Assembly (NCBI GenBank): GCA_032117235.1
Contig: JAULZW010000006.1
Coordinates: 2,532 to 66,531, forward strand
Length of the DNA: 64,000 nt
Direction of reading: 5' to 3'
Source: Minisyncoccota bacterium
GTDB taxonomy: Bacteria; Patescibacteriota; Minisyncoccia; SW-4-49-11
Part shown: one piece after another, positions 58,510 to 64,000 of the stretch
Layout: each line of letters begins with the position of its first letter
Numbering within the stretch: the stretch's first letter is position 1
Notes under the pieces: generated by a model
Databases searched by the model: none
What the model was told of the DNA's origin: nothing
The model's input: only the letters and a program-made list of their open reading frames with translations
Made by a program: the position numbers and the translations under genes

Positions 58510-60342
58510 ATGAAAGCAAAATATCAGTGGCATATTAATAAACCTATAACTAAGGATATCTTATCTCAGTATCCAGAATTAAATCCAATTATATTGCAGT
58601 TGTTATGGAATAGAGACATTAACGATGTTAAGGATATTGATAATTTCATCAATTCTGACTATCAAGATCTATTGAACCCTTTTTTAATACTAGATATGAA
58701 AAAAAGTATAGAAAGAATTATTGAAGCTATTAAAAATAAAGAGAAAATAATTATATTTGGAGATTATGATGCTGATGGAGTTACGGGTAGCACAATATTG
58801 TATCAAGCTATTAAAACAACATTTCTAGCATTACATCAACAAGGTAAATTAGATTTAGGAACTACTCTAAATAAAGAGGTATCTAATTTTATAGAAGTAT
58901 ATATTCCAGACAGACATAAAGAGGGATATGGACTAAAAGATAATGGAGTTAATTATATATTAGAATCTCAAGCTAAATTAGTTTTAACCGTAGATTGTGG
59001 AGTTAGAAGCGAAGAAGAAATTAGAGTTATACAGAGTGCAGGAATCGATGTTATTGTTATTGATCATCATTCTGTGCCAGAGGAAATGCCACCAGCTTTT
59101 GGTATTATTGTGCCGAAAAGAAAGGGAGACCCATATCCATTTAAAGATTTATGTGGAGCTGGACTTGCTTTTAAAGTTATTACCGCGCTTTTAACGGAAG
59201 CTAGAACGCAATTAGGTTATGATTTTATACCATTAGGTTATGAAAAGTGGTTATTGGATTTAACAGCAATAGGAACTATTGCCGATATGGTGCCTTTGGT
59301 AGGAGAAAACAGAATTATTGTTAGGTATGGTCTATATGTTCTAGGTAAAACTCGAAATATTGGACTAAAATCCTTAATGGATAATATAGGCATAACTACA
59401 GAGGTAGATGAAATTGATGGTATAGATGCTAATAGTATTAGTGTTTATTCTGTAGGTTTTCAAATAGCTCCACGTATTAATGCGGCTGGTAGAATTGCTC
59501 ATGCCAATCAAGCCTTTAAGTTATTTACTACTGATGATACATCTGAAGCTTTAGAATTAGCTGAAGAACTTCAAAAATTAAATGATAATCGTAAATCTCT
59601 AACTGAAAATATCTTAAACGAAGTAGAAGCTAGAATCTCTAAATATGAGAATATACAAAATCAGGCTCTTATTTTTGAAGGAGACAAAAATTGGTCAATT
59701 GGAGTTTTGGGTATAGTAGCCTCTAGGCTTGCAGAAAAATATTATAGACCAGTAGTCTTGTATCAAGAACAATTACATCATTGTGTGTCATCTGCTCGTA
59801 GTATTCCTGAATTTGATATTTCAAAAACATTACAAAAAATGGAACCTATCTTAATTTCTGGAGGAGGCCATAGTCAAGCCGCTGGATTAACATTTGATAA
59901 TCACAGGAAAGAAGAAATTAAAGACTTCTTTATAGAGCAAATTAGAGAGCAAGTAGACATTAATAATCTCCAACCATATAAACATATAGATATGGAAGTC
60001 AATGCTCAAGATATTGATTGGGAGCTATATGATACTTTTTATAAATTATCTCCATTTGGAATGAATAATTCAGTACCAATATTTTTAGTGAGAAAATTAA
60101 GAATATTAGATATAAAGTTTATAGGAGATGATAAAAAACATATTAAATTAAAAATATCATCAGAATCTCAATTAGGAACTCCATTAATTATAAATGCAAT
60201 TGGATTTAACTTTGGAAATATTATAGATAAAATACATCGTAATGACATTATTGACTTGGTGTTTAAATTAGAAGTGAATGAGTGGAACGGAAACAGAGAA
60301 TTACAATTAAATATTGTAGATATAGCATCTAGTGAAAGTTAA
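58510..60342 (+). CDS. recJ: ssDNA exonuclease RecJ
   Basis: GDYDADG, EGYG, TVDCG, IDHH, GTIAD, PRINAAGR, GGHSQAAG. Confidence 0.97.
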   Translation: MKAKYQWHINKPITKDILSQYPELNPIILQLLWNRDINDVKDIDNFINSDYQDLLNPFLILDMKKSIERIIEAIKNKEKIIIFGDYDADGVTGSTILYQAIKTTFLALHQQGKLDLGTTLNKEVSNFIEVYIPDRHKEGYGLKDNGVNYILESQAKLVLTVDCGVRSEEEIRVIQSAGIDVIVIDHHSVPEEMPPAFGIIVPKRKGDPYPFKDLCGAGLAFKVITALLTEARTQLGYDFIPLGYEKWLLDLTAIGTIADMVPLVGENRIIVRYGLYVLGKTRNIGLKSLMDNIGITTEVDEIDGIDANSISVYSVGFQIAPRINAAGRIAHANQAFKLFTTDDTSEALELAEELQKLNDNRKSLTENILNEVEARISKYENIQNQALIFEGDKNWSIGVLGIVASRLAEKYYRPVVLYQEQLHHCVSSARSIPEFDISKTLQKMEPILISGGGHSQAAGLTFDNHRKEEIKDFFIEQIREQVDINNLQPYKHIDMEVNAQDIDWELYDTFYKLSPFGMNNSVPIFLVRKLRILDIKFIGDDKKHIKLKISSESQLGTPLIINAIGFNFGNIIDKIHRNDIIDLVFKLEVNEWNGNRELQLNIVDIASSES

Positions 60343-60380
60343 AATATTTGCTCTTTTATCAAAAAATCTTTATAATGAAA

Positions 60381-60718
60381 AGTATCCAATAAGAATGGTA
60401 ATCGCGCATATCCATTTTATGGTGAGTGAGGAAAGTCTGGACACCTGTTGCTTAAAAACAATAAATGATAGTGGGTAACACCCATCCTTAAGTTTACTTA
60501 AGCGGGATAAGTATCGCAGAGACAAAACATTTGAGTATAACTCATCTAAGGTGAAAAGAGATAAACCCTATCAGGTGCAAGGCCGTGCTTTTCTTAATTG
60601 AAAAGAGTGCCGCCAAGAAAGTGCTGGTAACAGTACTTCAAGATAAATGATTACCTTAAGTATTATTGCTAGACAATATGCTTAAACAGAATCCAGCTTA
60701 TATTCTTTATTGGGTACT
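60381..60718 (+). ncRNA. rnpB: RNase P RNA
   Basis: GAGGAAAGTCTGG (CR-I), GTGCAAG, AGATAAATGATTACC pairing with GGTAATC, AACAGAATCCAGCTTA (CR-V); P1 AGTATCCAATAAGAAT/ATTCTTTATTGGGTACT. Confidence 0.93.
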
Positions 60719-60739
60719 ATATATCACCAATATAATAAT

Positions 60740-62158
60740 ATGAATAGATTTGAGCTATTATTCAGTGCAGTTCGAGTGCCAATAGATTTTATTTTAATCA
60801 TTTTAGCTGGATTTATATCATATCAGATTAGAATTTCTAGCTTTGCAATAGAAGCAAGACCTATTATATATGATCTTAGTAATAGCTGGTATAATGGCTT
60901 TGTTCTAATATTTGCTGTAATAACCATTTTTATTTTAGCTTTATCAGGGATGTATGTTACAAAAAGAACTCGTACTATAGTAATAGAGTTTTATAGAATT
61001 TTAAGCTCAGTTTCAACTACAACTTTAATTATAATTCTATATTATTTCTTTTACTCCAGAGACATATTTTCATCAAGATTTCTAATAATTTCAATTTGGA
61101 CATTATCAATAGGATTTCTTTTATTGGGAAGAGTAAGTTTACATTTAATACAAGATTATATCACCAAAAAATACAAATGGGGTATACATAAAGTAGCCAT
61201 TATAGTCGGTAATAATATAGCGGGCAAATTACTTTTAGACACACTTAATACAAAATCATCGGGATTAGGTTATCAAATCGTAGAAATTCAAAAAGAGCTA
61301 AACTTAAAAAGTTTAAGACATTTAATAATTACCAAACAAATTGACGAAGTAATACTAGCCGACACTAATCTAGAACAAGAACAATTAATCAAAATCAACT
61401 ATCTCTGTGAAGAATATAAAATAGATTTTCAATATGTACCCAATATATTCGATATGTATACCCAAGTAGAAGTCAGAAATCTATCAGGAGTATTATTATT
61501 CAGAGTCAAGAGAACTACTCTGGAAGGATGGGGAAGTATATATAAAAGAATATTTGACATTTTAGTAGCAAGTTTAGCCATAATTATATTATCTCCAATA
61601 TATATATTAACAATCATAGCCATCAAATTAGATTCTCCAGGTCCAATCTTGTATAAAAATCGTAGAGTAGGTGTAGGGAAGAAAATATTCAATGTCTATA
61701 AATTTAGAAGTATGTATCAGGACTTATGTACAGATGAGAGTAATTCCGCCTCAATAGAGTTAGAACAGAAGCTTCTAGCCGAGAAAAACACAAAATCAGG
61801 ACCATTATATAAAATAAAAGACGACCCAAGAGTGACTAGACTAGGAAAATTTATAAGAAAAACTAGTATCGATGAATTACCTCAGTTCTTGAATGTAATA
61901 CAAGGGACAATGAGTCTAGTAGGTCCAAGACCACATCAACCACGAGAAGTAGATAAATATAAGCAACATCATAAAAAGGTATTAACAATTAAACCAGGTA
62001 TTACAGGGATGGCACAAGTCAATGGAAGATCCGATTTAAGTTTTGAGGAAGAGGTGTTATATGACACTTTTTACATAGAAAACTGGAGTATATGGCTAGA
62101 TATAATTATATTACTCAAAACCCCGTGGGCAGTTATAGCACCAAGAAAAGCCGATTAA
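60740..62158 (+). CDS. Polyprenyl-phosphate sugar phosphotransferase (WcaJ/WbaP-like)
   Basis: KRIFD, KFRSM, DDPRVT..GKFIRKTSIDELPQ, SLVGPRP, KPGITG.AQV. Start moved out of rnpB. Confidence 0.93.
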   Translation: MNRFELLFSAVRVPIDFILIILAGFISYQIRISSFAIEARPIIYDLSNSWYNGFVLIFAVITIFILALSGMYVTKRTRTIVIEFYRILSSVSTTTLIIILYYFFYSRDIFSSRFLIISIWTLSIGFLLLGRVSLHLIQDYITKKYKWGIHKVAIIVGNNIAGKLLLDTLNTKSSGLGYQIVEIQKELNLKSLRHLIITKQIDEVILADTNLEQEQLIKINYLCEEYKIDFQYVPNIFDMYTQVEVRNLSGVLLFRVKRTTLEGWGSIYKRIFDILVASLAIIILSPIYILTIIAIKLDSPGPILYKNRRVGVGKKIFNVYKFRSMYQDLCTDESNSASIELEQKLLAEKNTKSGPLYKIKDDPRVTRLGKFIRKTSIDELPQFLNVIQGTMSLVGPRPHQPREVDKYKQHHKKVLTIKPGITGMAQVNGRSDLSFEEEVLYDTFYIENWSIWLDIIILLKTPWAVIAPRKAD

Positions 62159-62238
62159 TATAATTATAAAAATTTGCTAAAAATTAATAAATGTGATATA
62201 ATTCAAAATATAAAGTATAAAAAATAAATATAGAATAT

Positions 62239-64000
62239 ATGGGAAGGGCATTTGAATCAAACTTTAGTAGGGAGTATGATGATACGGAGAGAATTTCAGA
62301 GGTTGGTTTTTATAGTTCCGGTATAAAGTTTATAAATAAACAATATAGAAACATAGGCCTAATTTTAGGCATTACAGACGAAACAGATTTAAATAATCTT
62401 AAAAAACAAGCTAAGGATGAAAGAAAATTACCAAATATAAATGAAGAGCCTAATTTAGAGGAAATTAATTTATATAGATTGCATTATAATTTATTGGCAC
62501 TAACACAAGATGAATATAAATTATTATCAATCCACTCTACAGGAATTGAGAGTGGTGTTGAGCAGGTAAGCCTAGAAGAAGAAATTTCTACTCCTGAGGG
62601 AGTGCAAATAAAAGAAAAACAGACAGCAGTAATAGATCCTGAAATACATAATGGAGATGAAGGGGACGAAGTGTTAGATAATATTTTAAATAAATATTTA
62701 CCGGAGGATGAACTTGATAAGCGGGGGGGGGCAACAACTCTTGAGGTCCCAGCTGAACATGATCCTAGGCAAGATGAAAGCGTGTCAACAACTGAAGCAA
62801 ATCCTTCCGAATTAGATTCAGAGACACAAAAACTACTTGATGGATTGCCTGGAGAAGAAGCATTAGCGCAAGAATTAAATGGTTTAGTTGATAGTATTGT
62901 TGAACAAGAAACGGGAGGTAAATTAGCTAGAATAGAGAGTGGAATATATCCTGGTGAAGGAGAATTAGAAACCCTTGATAAGAGTGCAGAAATTGAACAA
63001 GAGAAACAAGAATCTCTTCAAGCTATTGCTACATATCAACAATTTGCCCAAGAGCATCCTTTCCATACCCGAGATCAGGCAAAAAATGAGAGATATCGTG
63101 CATTAGAGAGATCTGCTTGGGAAGCTCTGAATAAACTTGCGCATATTAATGGAGGAGAAATCTTTGCTCTTCCGCAAAATAGAGATATATATTTATCACA
63201 TCCAGAAGCAGAAGTAAAAAATATAAAAGATTATCTAGAATCACAAGGATATGGATTTGATGGAAATGGAAATATTATTACCATTAAACATCATAGTAAA
63301 AATATAGAATTAAATCGACCTTATAGTATCTCAGATTTGATAGATAAACCTCGACCAGCTCATATACTTACAGATATTAATTTAGATGCAGTAGATTCTG
63401 ACTTACATCATACAGGCTATGTATTGCCAGGACTTAATCCACAAACTTCAGACTTTATTGTCAGTACACTCAGTAAAGATGAATTTATAAAGAGAGTTAT
63501 TGTAAATGATCCTGGTATTGAGCAAGTACAAGATCCCGAAGGATCAGAAGAACAATCTGAAATAGTTTTCGAGGAAATAGAAAATGGTCGGTATTTCCCT
63601 ATTGATGAGGCTAAAAAAATAGGAGCTTCTTTAGAAGGAGAAGTTATTACACAAGATGAGCAATTAGAAACTAGCTCAAGAGCACAACTTGATGATTTGA
63701 GAACAGCTTATGCCAGAGCTGAGGAGGCTTGGAATAGAAAAAGAGGAGATGAAGATTTAGAAGAAGCTTTTGAATTAGCAAGAGAAGCTTATAATACAGA
63801 ATTAGAGAGAGTATTAAAATTACAAATAGCAGAAGGACAAGAAGCTAATATCCATAAGATTTTCCAAGACGAGGTTAGTAGACTTAGAGACAGTAGGATA
63901 GGTCAGTCCCAAGAGCTACAAGGTAAATGGGAGAAAAAATTTAATGGGGCTAAAGAAAGATTTTTAGGCTGGGCAACCAAAAACAAAACTCGTTGGATGT
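62239..64000 (+). CDS. Large Glu-rich hypothetical protein, truncated at the window end
   Basis: ATG 62239 (MGRAFESNFSREYDD...), open in frame 1 to the window end, about 587 codons; acidic and coiled-coil-like. Confidence 0.8.
   Translation, partial: MGRAFESNFSREYDDTERISEVGFYSSGIKFINKQYRNIGLILGITDETDLNNLKKQAKDERKLPNINEEPNLEEINLYRLHYNLLALTQDEYKLLSIHSTGIESGVEQVSLEEEISTPEGVQIKEKQTAVIDPEIHNGDEGDEVLDNILNKYLPEDELDKRGGATTLEVPAEHDPRQDESVSTTEANPSELDSETQKLLDGLPGEEALAQELNGLVDSIVEQETGGKLARIESGIYPGEGELETLDKSAEIEQEKQESLQAIATYQQFAQEHPFHTRDQAKNERYRALERSAWEALNKLAHINGGEIFALPQNRDIYLSHPEAEVKNIKDYLESQGYGFDGNGNIITIKHHSKNIELNRPYSISDLIDKPRPAHILTDINLDAVDSDLHHTGYVLPGLNPQTSDFIVSTLSKDEFIKRVIVNDPGIEQVQDPEGSEEQSEIVFEEIENGRYFPIDEAKKIGASLEGEVITQDEQLETSSRAQLDDLRTAYARAEEAWNRKRGDEDLEEAFELAREAYNTELERVLKLQIAEGQEANIHKIFQDEVSRLRDSRIGQSQELQGKWEKKFNGAKERFLGWATKNKTRWM

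Noticed and set aside
60710-60739. TTG start of the sugar transferase at 60710
   Set aside because: Lies within the RNase P P1 stem; ATG 60740 is preferred.
1-64000. Whole genome using genetic code 25
   Set aside because: All core genes are full length under code 11 with no internal TGA; only one accessory gene has one.

Overview
This is an AT-rich bacterial chromosome segment. Its gene content points to Patescibacteria (CPR), probably Parcubacteria-like, although that placement is an inference. Supporting features are a GAD-less AspRS, a PrgI/VirB6-like cluster, a short mraZ-rsmH-ftsL-ftsI-murF cluster and AT-rich leaders. Housekeeping genes include the murC 3' end, uppS, mltG, tsaD, folD, glyA, aspS, topA, gap, ftsK, eno, recJ and rnpB, plus four tRNAs: Ser-GCT, Ile-GAT, Pro-TGG and Ser-TGA. 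There is an accessory island at about 5-14 kb and a type II restriction-modification pair. The most unusual observations are: (1) both tRNA-Ser genes are followed 176-206 bp downstream by a copy of their own 3' end, enclosing a GC-rich multi-hairpin segment; (2) one of those hairpin modules also sits nested inside a REP-like element, whose uninterrupted sibling lies next to the other tRNA-Ser; (3) a ~37-bp promoter-like direct repeat precedes small accessory genes like a cassette boundary; (4) a ~58-aa repeat module appears 14 times across three secreted enzymes (RlpA/DPBB-like, amidase, subtilisin); (5) two accessory genes carry single in-frame stops at conserved Gln (TAG) and Gly (TGA) positions, and TGA is almost unused as a real stop. 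All homology calls come from motif recognition by eye; no database search was run.
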